This document shows, piece by piece, positions 1 to 11,228 of a stretch of 64,000 nucleotides of DNA. The stretch spans positions 160,001 to 224,000 of the forward strand of contig CAWHXP010000002.1 of assembly GCA_963833425.1 (NCBI GenBank), written 5' to 3'. Source of the stretch: an uncultured Methanosarcinaceae archaeon. Lineage in GTDB: Archaea; Halobacteriota; Methanosarcinia; Methanosarcinales; Methanosarcinaceae. Within the stretch, counting starts at the first letter, position 1, and each line of letters opens with the position of its first letter. The notes beneath the pieces were generated by a model that saw only the letters and a program-made list of their open reading frames with translations, was not told the DNA's origin and searched no databases. The translations under genes were made by a program, and so were the position numbers.

Positions 1-491
1 AATTACATTTTTTTCTTCGAATTGTTTTTATTTATTCACAGATACATCCTGAAATGAATTGTCTACTACGATTTAATGCGTAATCAAGCTTAATACTACA
101 AATCTCTGCTATGATAGCTAGCAGTTATTCAGCAAAATAATAATAGGACATTTTAACAAATATATACTTGCATGGAATACATATATATTATTTCTAAACA
201 TATAGATATATATAAATATATGAACTTATGAAAATCCTTCACAATATTAGTTGGTGTGATATGGATCAACAGATTTTGCACAATGAGGCAATTATCGGTT
301 ATGAAATGCTTGCTCTGGTATATGAACTGTTGGACTATTTGCAAGTATGAAGCGCAATCATGCAAGAACTCAACGAATAAAGCAGGCAAAGGTTGCGCGA
401 ATAGAAGCTAAACAATAAAAAGCTGATAAAACATACCATCTAAAAAGGTTTCCCTAGTTTGAAAACCTTTTTGCAGTTCAGGAAAAATATC

Positions 492-905
492 TCAATTCAG
501 AAGGAGAGTCCAGGTAACAAGGAAGAAATCAATGACTATAAACTCAACGTAAAACCAGTCCTTAAACTTGAATTCAATGGTATCGATATTAAGCTGAGAA
601 TAGATCAACTTCTGCAGAAAATATGTAAAACCGATTACTAACATGAGTATAGCATACCAGGCCTTATTTTCTCCTGTTCCATACAGTATAGATGCTATAA
701 GTCCTGCGATTATCCCAAGTGCTGAAGCTACTATTGTCTTTATGATTCCCTCTCTGTGGGCTTTTTGTTTCTCTTCAGGGGTAATTTCCTTGATAAGAGT
801 TTTCCTTTCCGAGGACTCATCGTTTACGACAGAATTTTTTGCAAGAACTTCTGTAGTTTTTGCTGGTTCAGTTATGGGTTTTGATTTTGGATTTTGTTTA
901 CTCAA
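492..905 (-). CDS. Small membrane protein with about 3 TM helices (archaeal EMC6-like family plausible)
   Basis: 137-aa ORF, TTG start, charged N-terminus followed by three hydrophobic segments and a C-terminal KDWFY...TWTLLLN. Confidence 0.7.
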   Translation of the reverse strand: MSKQNPKSKPITEPAKTTEVLAKNSVVNDESSERKTLIKEITPEEKQKAHREGIIKTIVASALGIIAGLIASILYGTGENKAWYAILMLVIGFTYFLQKLIYSQLNIDTIEFKFKDWFYVEFIVIDFFLVTWTLLLN

Positions 906-1216
906 TCGCTATACACTCCTGAACGGCAATTATCCTGGGATCTAATTTGCAAGAATTATACTTGAATCTCAAATTTGGATTATATATTTGGATAATTATA
1001 TTGATAGGCTATAATTGTTCAAACTTATCATTATATTAACCTATTGGGATTAAATGATCACATTTAAGTCATTCGGACTAAATTATCACCTAAATTGTTT
1101 TAATAGAATTATCATATTTGAATTCTTTGAATCTAAGTACTATATAAAAATCATAAGAATTTAATTTTCATATCTAAATTATCGATATTTAATTATTAAA
1201 CTTGAATCTCACAGCT

Positions 1217-2236
1217 TTAAATAAATTCATTACTTAAAACATTACCTATCTGATCTATGGATATCGAATCTATTCCTATTGAATTTAAATGTTTTGAAAA
1301 TTTGGAGGGCCTGTAACCTTTTGGATGGTAAGTAAGAGTAACTTCAGGGTTAAGTTTTCTGACCATATTTTCAAGACCGCATGCATCAAGATGGTCACTT
1401 ATCCTTATTATAGGGTAGGGATACTCCATGCGGCAGCTTAGAACGTACTTTTTCATATTCAATGGAAGCTTGCCAAGGTTCCAAGGTGCGACTATGAAAA
1501 CACCATCATCCCCTCCAGATCTCAGCCCTTCAAGTTCCCCTACATCTTCGATCATGTTTCGTGTAAGGGCTCTTGTCCTTGCATCCATATGGATAGTCTC
1601 CTCATATCCAAATTCCCGGATAAGTTTAACTGCTCGCTGGGCCTTCCCAAATTCATATGCTCCGAAAGCAACTGGTCCATGTTCAAAAAGAGCATCCTTC
1701 ATACCTTCGAAGTCATCTGCAAAATGACAACTTGGATCTTCTGGATCCCCATAGTTAGCCTCAGTGATCAGTACATCACAAGGAGGGAACTTACTTGCGT
1801 CTTTGATGTCACCGGTAACCAAAATCCTTGATCCTACTTCGTTTTCCCAGTAAAAAGCAGTCGCACCGGAAGTATGCTCAGTAGGGAAAGTCTTTACCCT
1901 CACCCTTCCTACATCAATTTCATCTCCAAGCCTGAAAATACTGCCGGCATATCTTTTATTGTGCCTGATTTCGAGGGCAATTGCAGTTTTTTCCGAACAC
2001 ACCGAATTAGAGGACATCATAGCCGATTTCCCATGATGATCTGAATGAGCGTGCGTAATCAGATACGCATCAGGGTATGCATGCTTTCCTGTAGTTCTGG
2101 TAGTGTCGATGGAAAACATGCGCAAATCCCCCTCATTATCCCTGAACCTGACCGAAATATGTGGTTTGAAATTTCCACGAGAGTTATGTTGCCTGAGCAC
2201 CAGCACTCCAAGATCAATTAGTTTTTTTGAAATCAC
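1217..2236 (-). CDS. MBL-fold metallo-hydrolase (beta-CASP-like nuclease)
   Basis: THAHSDH (HxHxDH) motif, TGD, EANYG, GKAQ and SDH motifs. Confidence 0.85.
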   Translation of the reverse strand: MISKKLIDLGVLVLRQHNSRGNFKPHISVRFRDNEGDLRMFSIDTTRTTGKHAYPDAYLITHAHSDHHGKSAMMSSNSVCSEKTAIALEIRHNKRYAGSIFRLGDEIDVGRVRVKTFPTEHTSGATAFYWENEVGSRILVTGDIKDASKFPPCDVLITEANYGDPEDPSCHFADDFEGMKDALFEHGPVAFGAYEFGKAQRAVKLIREFGYEETIHMDARTRALTRNMIEDVGELEGLRSGGDDGVFIVAPWNLGKLPLNMKKYVLSCRMEYPYPIIRISDHLDACGLENMVRKLNPEVTLTYHPKGYRPSKFSKHLNSIGIDSISIDQIGNVLSNEFI

Positions 2237-3303
2237 ACAAATCCTTGAGGAGATTATACTTAAGATATTTAAGTTTAGGTAAAAGAAATTTGAATTCTTT
2301 AATATACTAACTTACACATTAATCGAAGAACGTATCTAACATTAGAAGTGTCTTAGAATACACCTTTAAAACTGAAATTTGTTAACATTTTTTTGGAGCA
2401 TAAAAATATATAATTATTGTTCACGTTATTCGACTGTGAAAATCAAAGGTACAGTGTCGCACCCAGAAGCAAACGACATAAATTTTTCTCACCCACACTC
2501 TAGATATAAAAAGATTATTAGAAAGAATTATTCAAAACCAAATATTTTCATTTGTTTGTATGGTTCTTTTTCTTCATAGTTTCCCTTAGTTTCAACATAG
2601 AGTTAAAACGGGGTGGAGTGCCATCAATCATATTTTCAGTATAACCAGCACCAAAACTTCATCGAATAATGATGTTTTCATCTCAGCTCATACTTTTAAG
2701 ATTTTTATTGCTGTGATACTGTTTATAATTCACCTCAGCTTTGAAGGAGAGTATTTTGGTTCAACACCAACGAAAGGATTTACACTATGATCATCATAAC
2801 AGATTGTATTAAATTTTAAACAGTACCTTTTACTAATTTCAAAGTATGTATTTTTCAAATAATTGACTATGTCATCATCTAAAGAGCAGTCCTATTTATC
2901 TCATATTTTTTCCTCGCGGGAATTCTGTCCAGAACATCACCGCTAATTTAGGTATTTGATCTCATCTATTTTCTCGTTCATTATTCTTTGATTTTGAAGA
3001 CAGAGTCCGCTATGCTTAAAATACTCCTGCTATTTTCAATGCTATCAACTGATATAAATTCTAACAAAAAGCTGTAAACATCATCTTATACTCACTTTTT
3101 GCGCAGTAGTGAAAGAACTTTTCCTGCCTTAGAACCTTTTTAGTTACTGCATAGAATTATCATATCAAATATTTTTTAAGCTGTTTAATTGAAAGCTGAC
3201 AAATTCGATATAATTTCGATGAAATCTTTGAAGTCTATCAAATTATTTTTTTAATTAAAAGACGAGTTTTCATTCCAAATAGATATTTACCGTCAAACTA
3301 ACA

Positions 3304-3386
3304 AGGATTTATCGAAATCCTTAAATTTTGTCACATGCTTATGAATGAAATCTAAATGACTCGACAAATTAGAGGTTTATCGAAAT
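3304..3386. mobile_element. MITE-like repeat, IS5-end related family (copy 1)
   Basis: Aligns by eye with the reverse complement of 3881-3976. Its end GTTTATCGAAAT is the exact reverse complement of ATTTCGATAAAC at the IS5 remnant end (38576-38587). Confidence 0.55.
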
Positions 3387-3880
3387 GACATATTAACTCT
3401 TTAGAGATTACTCGTATTTCAGGCTATTGAACAAACTAACTTGAGAGACGAGTTTAAAAGCTTTAAGAAATTCATTCAAGGGTGCAAAAAAAGCCTCTAA
3501 TAGCTGCTAAACTTGGATAACTGGACTCATTAAGAAATGTTTTATTAAATAAATTGATAGTGGTAGCAAAATTCAAAATAGAAGTTAGTTGTTTGAATTG
3601 TGCCAATATGAAAAAATTAAAATCAGTTTTAGGTGAAATTATTAATTATTTCAGGACAAAGCACAGAGGCAGTTAAAGAAATCGAAATTCCTTACTTACA
3701 CATCTTCTCTGACTTTTTTTTGGCATAAAATATATATTGATGTAATTCTTATTATTTAGCAGAGATTCCTTTTAAAAAAAAGCGTTTTCAGAGTTTATTC
3801 TTTTCAGCTTTTGAAGAGAAAGCTATAGGTAGTAGATGTCAGGTAGCAGATATCTAAACTGAAACTTTTTATGAGTAATT

Positions 3881-3976
3881 TGCAGAGGATTTGATAAATC
3901 GCTGATTTTCACGAATTATTTACATATATATTTATAAGCATATGACGAAATTGAGAATTTATTGAAATCCTCTGCA
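3881..3976. mobile_element. MITE-like repeat, IS5-end related family (copy 2)
   Basis: Perfect 12-bp terminal inverted repeat TGCAGAGGATTT / AAATCCTCTGCA; non-coding interior homologous to 3304-3386 and about 9277-9350. Confidence 0.6.
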
Positions 3977-4134
3977 ATTCGCAGGAAATTGCTTTTTATA
4001 GCGCTTTTAAGTTTTATGAAATGTTTTCTGTTGTGTGGAATGTTTAACTATTCCAAAATTTCTTTATTTGATACACCCTGATTCTGAAAAGATACTTTTA
4101 AGGTTTTTATAGTAAAAAGCATAAGGACAGCATA

Positions 4135-6318
4135 TTGATGACAATTTTAAATGAAGCCACGTCTGGCATGAAACCTGTTTATCTCGAGCCTATGAAGGAA
4201 AATAAGAAGAGAATTGTTAAAAATCTTCTGAAATATTTTGAAACAAATCAAAGAGGCTACATCAAAGTACCCACTGGCTGGGGAAAGACTTTTGTTTCGA
4301 AGCACATCATGAAAACTTACTACTGTGAGAGAAAGATTATTCTTTTTCTAGTCTCAAAAAACAACCCTCTTCTTAATCAGACTTATTACGATAGGAAAAA
4401 AAAATATCCTCTTTTTCCAAATAGTGCAATCCTCTCTTCAGAACATAAGGTAGATAGAAATGAGCTTGCTAAAGTTTTGAACTATCTCGGGAAAGAAAAA
4501 AGCGGAGGTTTTGTGCTTTTTGCCTCTTTACAGACAATATTGGGAAAACAGGGTTCTGAAATCAAAAATCTAATTCTTAAATTTACAGACCTCGCAATCG
4601 TGGATGAGATCCATAACTTCATCAACAATAAAGGGAACGATTTTCTCAATGAGTTTGGTGAACGGACAAAAATCTTGGGCATGACTGCAACTCCATTCCA
4701 GGGTATAGTCGGAAATGTCAAGTTCGTGGATGAAATTGCTGGGGATATGAGGGAGATTTACTCTAAAACGCTTCCTGAATGTATTCTGGACGGAGAACTA
4801 GCCCCACTCATATATACGATTGCAGAAAGTTCAGAAGACATCTCTGAGATCTTTGATTTCGAAAAAGGTTTGGAAGAACTTGATAAGCAGGATCTTTTTC
4901 TTGACTGTAGTACTGCCGATAAGTTGAAGAAAGTTATACGAAGAACACAGCTCGCAAAAGATGTTTACGATTCTATGGTAGAACAAAAAGATTTAAAAAC
5001 ACTTATATTTTGTGCCCCTGTCCGGAAGCAGGTATATGGAGCAGGAGCAGGGGGAGACAAAATTAATGCTTTTCATGCAAAGCTTACTTCCTCAATTTTC
5101 AATGGAGAGGTTTCTGACGTAGAACTGAATCAGGGCTCTGAACCTGTCCTGCCTGCAAATTTTGAAAATTATACCCCAGAAGGACAATTCAAAAATTCGG
5201 TATTTATAACCTCTGAATTGCCTAAAGAAACTCAAGAAAATATTATTGCGGCTTTCAAAGAGATTGGAAGACCTCCTTATATTCTCTGCGCTGTAGGGAT
5301 GTTGATTGAAGGTTTCGATTTTCCGGGCTTAGAATCCCTTTTTCTGCTGCGACCAACACTGAGCATGAGATTATTTGAACAGCAGGTTGGAAGGGTAACA
5401 AGAATGTCCACAGGTTCAGGAAAGCGGCAGGGGAGGATTGTTGAAATTTCAGATAAAATTGAATCTCTCTATCAGCACTTCGGGGAAGGAGTTTTTAATG
5501 GGGGAAAAGTGAATCAAATTCAGATGCTTCAACCTGAAATACGTATCGAAGAGCTATTTTCGGAGGGAGATGCTGCCAGGGCGATTGAAGAAGGAAAAAT
5601 TAAGATCAACAAGGTAGAGTTTAGATCCCTCGGAAAAGGAAAAAACCCACCTTTTAAGGAAATGCCCATAAGGCTTCCACCAACCGCCCTCAGGGTTAAA
5701 TATTTCTCACGCCTGCTGACTCTGATAGAGGAAAAGGATACCGGAGCTTTTGAGAGGGAAAAACGGGAACTCATGCGGGATACCCTGAGATTCAGGGTAA
5801 GAGGAGTTAAAGATGCTGAAGAATTATCGATTCTTACAGAACAGATCAATAAGCTCAAGCGGGAAGCATATGAAGACCGTAGATTAGGAGACATCTCGAG
5901 GCAGCACAAACCGAAGGTATTCGGGGAAGTTGAGTGGCTGCTGAAGCTTCAGGCTTTAAATTCTCTCAAGTACGAAGGCAAGCACCTTTCGATATCTGAA
6001 AGAAACCGGATATTTAACACCTTGGGTTTCGAATCAGATTTTAGGAAAATAGATATCTACAGACTTAAATGCCTTAAACTCGGTTCCGCTCAGAAGACTA
6101 TCCCAGATCTTGTAAAGGTTCTGGGGTTCGTAAGCCGGTTATCGTCTTCAAAAACATATCAATTCATTGATAAAAGGAAGAAAGAGCAATGGAAGCGAGA
6201 ATTCCTGCCTGCGGTTTATTGGGGTTTCTGCTTTATTAATGACTCTTCAGAAATCAGAGAACTTTTTGAGTCTACAGAATGGGACAGGCTGGTTAAAAAT
6301 ATAATTCGGCAGAATTGA
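4135..6318 (+). CDS. Superfamily-2 DEAD/DEAH-box helicase (ResIII-like N-terminal domain) with uncharacterised C-terminal region
   Basis: Walker A PTGWGKT, Walker B DEIH, motif III TAT, motif V EGFDFP, motif VI QQVGRVTR. Confidence 0.9.
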   Translation: MMTILNEATSGMKPVYLEPMKENKKRIVKNLLKYFETNQRGYIKVPTGWGKTFVSKHIMKTYYCERKIILFLVSKNNPLLNQTYYDRKKKYPLFPNSAILSSEHKVDRNELAKVLNYLGKEKSGGFVLFASLQTILGKQGSEIKNLILKFTDLAIVDEIHNFINNKGNDFLNEFGERTKILGMTATPFQGIVGNVKFVDEIAGDMREIYSKTLPECILDGELAPLIYTIAESSEDISEIFDFEKGLEELDKQDLFLDCSTADKLKKVIRRTQLAKDVYDSMVEQKDLKTLIFCAPVRKQVYGAGAGGDKINAFHAKLTSSIFNGEVSDVELNQGSEPVLPANFENYTPEGQFKNSVFITSELPKETQENIIAAFKEIGRPPYILCAVGMLIEGFDFPGLESLFLLRPTLSMRLFEQQVGRVTRMSTGSGKRQGRIVEISDKIESLYQHFGEGVFNGGKVNQIQMLQPEIRIEELFSEGDAARAIEEGKIKINKVEFRSLGKGKNPPFKEMPIRLPPTALRVKYFSRLLTLIEEKDTGAFEREKRELMRDTLRFRVRGVKDAEELSILTEQINKLKREAYEDRRLGDISRQHKPKVFGEVEWLLKLQALNSLKYEGKHLSISERNRIFNTLGFESDFRKIDIYRLKCLKLGSAQKTIPDLVKVLGFVSRLSSSKTYQFIDKRKKEQWKREFLPAVYWGFCFINDSSEIRELFESTEWDRLVKNIIRQN

Positions 6319-6633
6319 ATTTTCATTCCGTCTAATACCGCGCAGCTTGTTGTGGGGTTGGATACTTCCCTGAGAACAGTTATTAACGGATTGATTTGTA
6401 TTTTATACAACCTTTGTACTATAAAAAAGAGCTAATTAGTGGAAAGAGTGTATATATAAAGTACGACATTCAGTGGTTTTTTTAGTATGAAGTATCGTAA
6501 AAAATCTATTCTAGTTTTTAAATCGAAAAGTTAGTTTTATTGTTTAAAATGGTAGCAAATAAACTACCTGACTGATATAAATCTTGATTTGGAGGCAAAA
6601 AGGGATTGTTACAAAAAAACGCATTGTAACATG

Positions 6634-7487
6634 GGTTTCGTTGCAAAATCTAAGAATAAGCACGTAAATATATGGATGATAAACAAAAGTCAAAATATCC
6701 GAGAAAAATGTATCAAACTACAGAACTATTCCAAATAATTGATTGATATATTTAGCTTCATTGAGACCAGAGTAGTTTAGATTCTTGATTAGTCCTTTTT
6801 TAACCATATTCAAAGCTTCAATTCCTTTTAAAATCTTACTTGCAGAGTGAAAAGACTGAAAGCTTAGCATTGGAGCAATTATCCGCTTGATAGACCTATG
6901 ATCTTGTTCTACAATGTTATTCAAATATTTTACTTGTCTAATTTCAACTCTTTTAGACAACTTCTTTTCATTTTTCAGTTCATGTATGGCAATAGGATAA
7001 GCTGAATTTTTATCAACTGTTATTGCTCTCGGCATTTGATTGTGATTTGAACTCAATGCCTTCCTAAGGAATCTCTTTGCAGCTTTTCTATTTCGTTTTG
7101 CAGTTAGCATGAAATCTGTTTTGTTTCCACCTGAGTCAACTGCTCTGTAAAGATATTTCCATTCACCTTTTACATTTATATAAGTTTCATCAACTTTCCA
7201 TGAATCGTTAGTTGGTCTTAAGTGCTTTCTTATCTTCTTTTCTATTCCAGGGGAATATTGATGCACCCATCTTATTATAGTACTGTGATCAACTTGAATT
7301 CCTCTTTCTGCCATCATTTTCTTTAAATTTCTATAGCTTAATGCATATTTAAAGTACCCTCTTACGTTTAATAAAATAATTTCTTCTTCATAGTACTTCC
7401 ATCGAAAGGAATTTACTGGAATAATATATACTCCTAAATTTCTACTTATTTCAGTAAATCCCACTCATATTTTTTTGCAACTGAACC
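6634..7487 (-). mobile_element. IS6-family insertion sequence with 8-bp target-site duplication
   Basis: Ends GGTTTCGTTGCAAAA and TTTTGCAACTGAACC; GTAACATG repeated at 6626-6633 and 7488-7495; encodes an IS6 transposase. Confidence 0.93.
6718..7464 (-). CDS. IS6-family DDE transposase
   Basis: SWKVDETY, YLYRAVDS, TVDKN and YLNNIVEQDHR motifs; true start may lie slightly downstream. Confidence 0.9.
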   Translation of the reverse strand: MGFTEISRNLGVYIIPVNSFRWKYYEEEIILLNVRGYFKYALSYRNLKKMMAERGIQVDHSTIIRWVHQYSPGIEKKIRKHLRPTNDSWKVDETYINVKGEWKYLYRAVDSGGNKTDFMLTAKRNRKAAKRFLRKALSSNHNQMPRAITVDKNSAYPIAIHELKNEKKLSKRVEIRQVKYLNNIVEQDHRSIKRIIAPMLSFQSFHSASKILKGIEALNMVKKGLIKNLNYSGLNEAKYINQLFGIVL

Positions 7488-7705
7488 GTAACATGTACAT
7501 CTCAAGTCAGATAGTGGTCATATCATATAATGAATTCACTAAAAAATGTTTGAAACTATCATTAAATGTATCCTTCGGACTTTACGCTGGTTAACGTCCA
7601 AATAGGCGCATAAAAAATCAAACTATTGAAACATGCTGATTTTTACAAACTCATTTTTGCTTGAGTTTGCTCATCAGAAGCGTCAAGTGAATAATTCAAA
7701 TCCAT

Positions 7706-7879
7706 TTATTTGTCATTTAAAACTACATCTCTTATTTCTAAAAGTTCACACAATCTATTCAACGCATATTTTTTTTCGTGTATCATAACCTGTAATTTAT
7801 TAACTTCTACTTCCAGCTGCGCTATTTCTATTTTCAATTGTATTACCTGCTCTTTAATGAGCTCATTACTTTGCATCAT
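7706..7879 (-). CDS. Possible small coiled-coil protein (57 aa)
   Basis: Read manually: MMQSNELIKEQVIQLKIEIAQLEVEVNKLQVMIHEKKYALNRLCELLEIRDVVLNDK, with heptad-like periodicity. Confidence 0.35.
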   Translation of the reverse strand: MMQSNELIKEQVIQLKIEIAQLEVEVNKLQVMIHEKKYALNRLCELLEIRDVVLNDK

Positions 7880-8089
7880 ATCAGCTCAGTCTAATGTCTT
7901 AATGTTCCTTAAACCATGATACTGCTTTTACATATAAATTCATGCGTTTTCAATAGTTTTGAATCCCGTTAGTTACTAAACCATTTCTACAAATAAAAAA
8001 AATCAAACAAGTATTTAAGGTAATTAAGTCGTTGATTCCGACAAAAAAATGACTCCACTTCTAGTACAGATATAAGTAGTTAATTTTCT

Positions 8090-9091
8090 GGCTCTGTAGA
8101 AATCCTCAATTTGATGCCAATTACCTCTAAAACTTTTTTTATCTATGTTGTATATTATTAATTTAATTTTAATCTCTGTCACTTGATAACGGAATTTCCT
8201 TGCCCTTAGTGTTTCTCCTAATTTTCTTTTAACTACAGAAAATATTGTCTCCACTATATTTCTTTGATTATATTTAATTCTGTCAAAGGCCAGATTCAAC
8301 TGTTTTCTATATTTACCTCTTATTTTCTTTCTTTTTCTCTCTCTTACAGGTATAATTGAATCTGCTTTGATTTCTTCTCTAATTATAGAATGTATTTTTT
8401 TCTGAATCGTATCCTGTATCCATTAACATAACAATCAGACTTTCTCATCTTATTTGATTGCCTTATCAGAGCATTTGCATTTTTGATTTCAGGGTCTGTT
8501 TTTTGACTAATTTTCCATCCCAATATTATCTTTTTACTTGTGTCCACTGACATTGAAGTTCTCAGGAAGCTTCTTCGAAGCTTCCCTGTTCTTCTGGAAT
8601 AATAACAACTTGCATATGAACTCGTAAATCCTGTTGCATCAATCACTGCAAAAGAGACATTTTCTCCATATGAGTAAAACAGCTTTAGAATCCTTGACAG
8701 AAGAAGGTTAAACAGAGAGGAAGGAATCCTAGTTACAAACTTTTGAAGGGCAGTGAAATGTGGAATCTTATCAAGAGCAAGTTTTTCTATTATATCACTC
8801 ATAAGTCAATAAGTTCTACAAAATCTCGATAGTCTGTACTAATATACTCTTTCAATAAAACCAGTGAAAGAAGCTGATGCTGAGTATAAACGTGTTTTGA
8901 ATACTTGCAGGAATAAAGCTTCAGTCTCGAAGATTGAACAGTTTCAAGACTAGTATCAACAAATTTAATGTACTTATTAAACTTCAATATTGAATGTTCC
9001 TTCATTTTTAGCGAAAAAATAAGACGAATATTATAACTGAATAGTTATAATAATGGTGTAAAAGTTTAATTTAGAACATTTCTACCGAGCC
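8090..9091 (-). mobile_element. IS5-family element with fragmented transposase (pseudogene)
   Basis: TIRs GGCTCTGTAGAAAT / ATTTCTACCGAGCC; flanks TAATTTTCT and TAATTTTCA (near-perfect duplication); three ORF pieces carrying IDATGF and YNQRNIVETIFSVVKRK DDE motifs. Confidence 0.85.
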
Positions 9092-9421
9092 TAATTTTCA
9101 TTTCTTTTTATCTTTCGTGAAAAGGGATCTTTTTCGGCTTTTTAATATTCCACTACTTATCAACCTTCTAGTCATTTTGAGTATTTGTTTATTCAAGCTC
9201 AAACTTGCAACCATCACACAGACTTCAAAAAAATAATATGCAAAAAATCATATAATTTCCACATATAATTATTAAAAATTTCGATGAACTTATAAATCTC
9301 GTCATGTGTTTATGCACAATATATAAATAATTCATAAAAATAAATAATTATTGACATTTTCCATAGTAAGTTGTAGCTATTTTTCATTATTAATATATGA
9401 ACAAATATTCGGAAACTGAAT

Positions 9422-10477
9422 ATGAAAAAAGCGACATACTATAAAGCAAGTAGAAGGTTAGGCATCACTTTGTCGACCCTTTTAATACTTGTGAGTATCG
9501 CAGGTGAGGCACAACTTGCAGATATTGCAAACTCCGGCAGCAACAATATATCTGATTTAAATAAATCACTTGAAAATGACATAAAAATTCAGGACAAAGC
9601 AATTGAAATTAACCCTCAGAATTCAACGGCTTGGAGCAACAAAGGACTTGATTTAGGGCTATCAGGTAGATATGATGAAGCAATAAAAACATTTAATAAA
9701 ACAATTGAAATTAACTCGCAGAATTCAGATGTTTGGACCGGCGAGGGACTTGCTCTATATTATTTAAATAAATACGATGAAGCAATAACAGCTTACGACA
9801 AAGCAATTGAAATTAACTCTCAGAATTCAATAGCTTGGGATGGTAAAGGACTTGCTTTATATAAATTAAATAAATACGATGAAGCAATAAAAGCATTTGA
9901 CAAAGCAATTGAAATTAACTCACAGAATTCTATAGCTTGGGAAGGTAAAGGACTAGCTTTTAATAATTTAAACAAGCATGAAGAAGCAATAAAAGCATAT
10001 GATAAAGCAATTGAAATTAATCCACAGGATTCAAAAGCTTGGTCCAATAAAGGACACTCTCTCAATAACTTAAATAAATATGAAGAAGCAATGAAAGCAT
10101 ATGACAAAGCAATTGAAATTAATCCTTTTGATTCAATAGCATGGGAAGGTAAAGGACTAGCTCTTGATAACTTAAATAAGCATGAAGAAGCAATAAAAGC
10201 ATTTGACAAAGCAATTGAAATTAACCCACTGGATTCACTTACCTGGGCCTCTAAAGGAGATGCTCTAAATGATTTGAATAAATCCGATGAAGCAATAAAA
10301 GCATTTGATAAAGCAATTAAAATTAACCCACTGGATTCAATAGCATGGGAAGGTAAAGGACTTGCTTTTGATAACTTAAATAAGCGTGAAGAAGCTATAA
10401 AAGCGTACGACAAAGCAATTAAAATTAATCCGAGGTATTCAATGGCTTTGGAAGCTAAAAAAAAATTAGATAAATGA
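9422..10477 (+). CDS. TPR-repeat protein with N-terminal signal-peptide-like leader
   Basis: About 8 full 34-aa repeats (AWxGKGLALxxLNKYDEAIKAYDKAIEINP) and a hydrophobic N-terminus. Confidence 0.92.
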   Translation: MKKATYYKASRRLGITLSTLLILVSIAGEAQLADIANSGSNNISDLNKSLENDIKIQDKAIEINPQNSTAWSNKGLDLGLSGRYDEAIKTFNKTIEINSQNSDVWTGEGLALYYLNKYDEAITAYDKAIEINSQNSIAWDGKGLALYKLNKYDEAIKAFDKAIEINSQNSIAWEGKGLAFNNLNKHEEAIKAYDKAIEINPQDSKAWSNKGHSLNNLNKYEEAMKAYDKAIEINPFDSIAWEGKGLALDNLNKHEEAIKAFDKAIEINPLDSLTWASKGDALNDLNKSDEAIKAFDKAIKINPLDSIAWEGKGLAFDNLNKREEAIKAYDKAIKINPRYSMALEAKKKLDK

Positions 10478-10689
10478 ATTGAATATATTTAAATAGTAAA
10501 TTAAATAATTACTTAACTTTTATTTATTTTTACTTTTTTAAAATATAACTAGAGTAATTTTATGATTTTTAATATAACATATATTTAAATAAAAACTATA
10601 CCTTTTTTGAACAATAATTTGAGACATCATATAATTTTGATGATGAAATTGGAACTTTGTAGATACAAATTTTCATCTATTTTATGAAA

Positions 10690-11170
10690 AGCATAAAAGT
10701 GAGATCGAAATTTTATTGTCTGCTTTAGGTATCGGAAAAAATTGACTTATTAGCTCTAATTGCTACAACAGGCGATTTCAAGACTTTAATTAAGTATAAT
10801 AAGTTTGCTTCACGGGGTGGAGTTGCTTAGGACGCATACCAATCTGCGGATTAAATTCTATAACTAGAAAATCACAAAAAGAGGATCAAAATTAGCAAGA
10901 TGGATTCTAACACAAATTGATCAAGCAGTAGCAAAAAATACAAATTAAAAGAGTTTATTAACCGGGAGAAAAAAAATCAATTCGACACCAAAGACGCTAT
11001 TCTCTAGCAAAGGAAATTGCCAAATTTATGGCATCTTATTATAAATGGCAAAATGTACTAAGATGAAAATGGGCATTAGAAGAAAGAAATTTATATTAGA
11101 ACGATTGTTAAGACTTAGAACGTCTCGGTTGATACAAATATAAAAATAATTGTGAAGTAATCGGAATTCT
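10690..11170 (+). pseudogene. Decayed IS110-family transposase, C-terminal half
   Basis: Manual translation across stops and shifts gives LLSALGIGK...GDF...YQSAD...TKRGSKLARWILTQ...WHLI, matching the IS110/IS116 C-terminal pattern; boundaries approximate. Confidence 0.7.
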
Positions 11171-11228
11171 ACATACTTTAATCCTCACTTTCATCATATG
11201 GCCAAGATTTCTCAGCCAATAGATATCT

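Noticed and set aside
9820..10413. 197-aa minus-strand ORF
   Set aside because: Antisense shadow of the TPR repeats.
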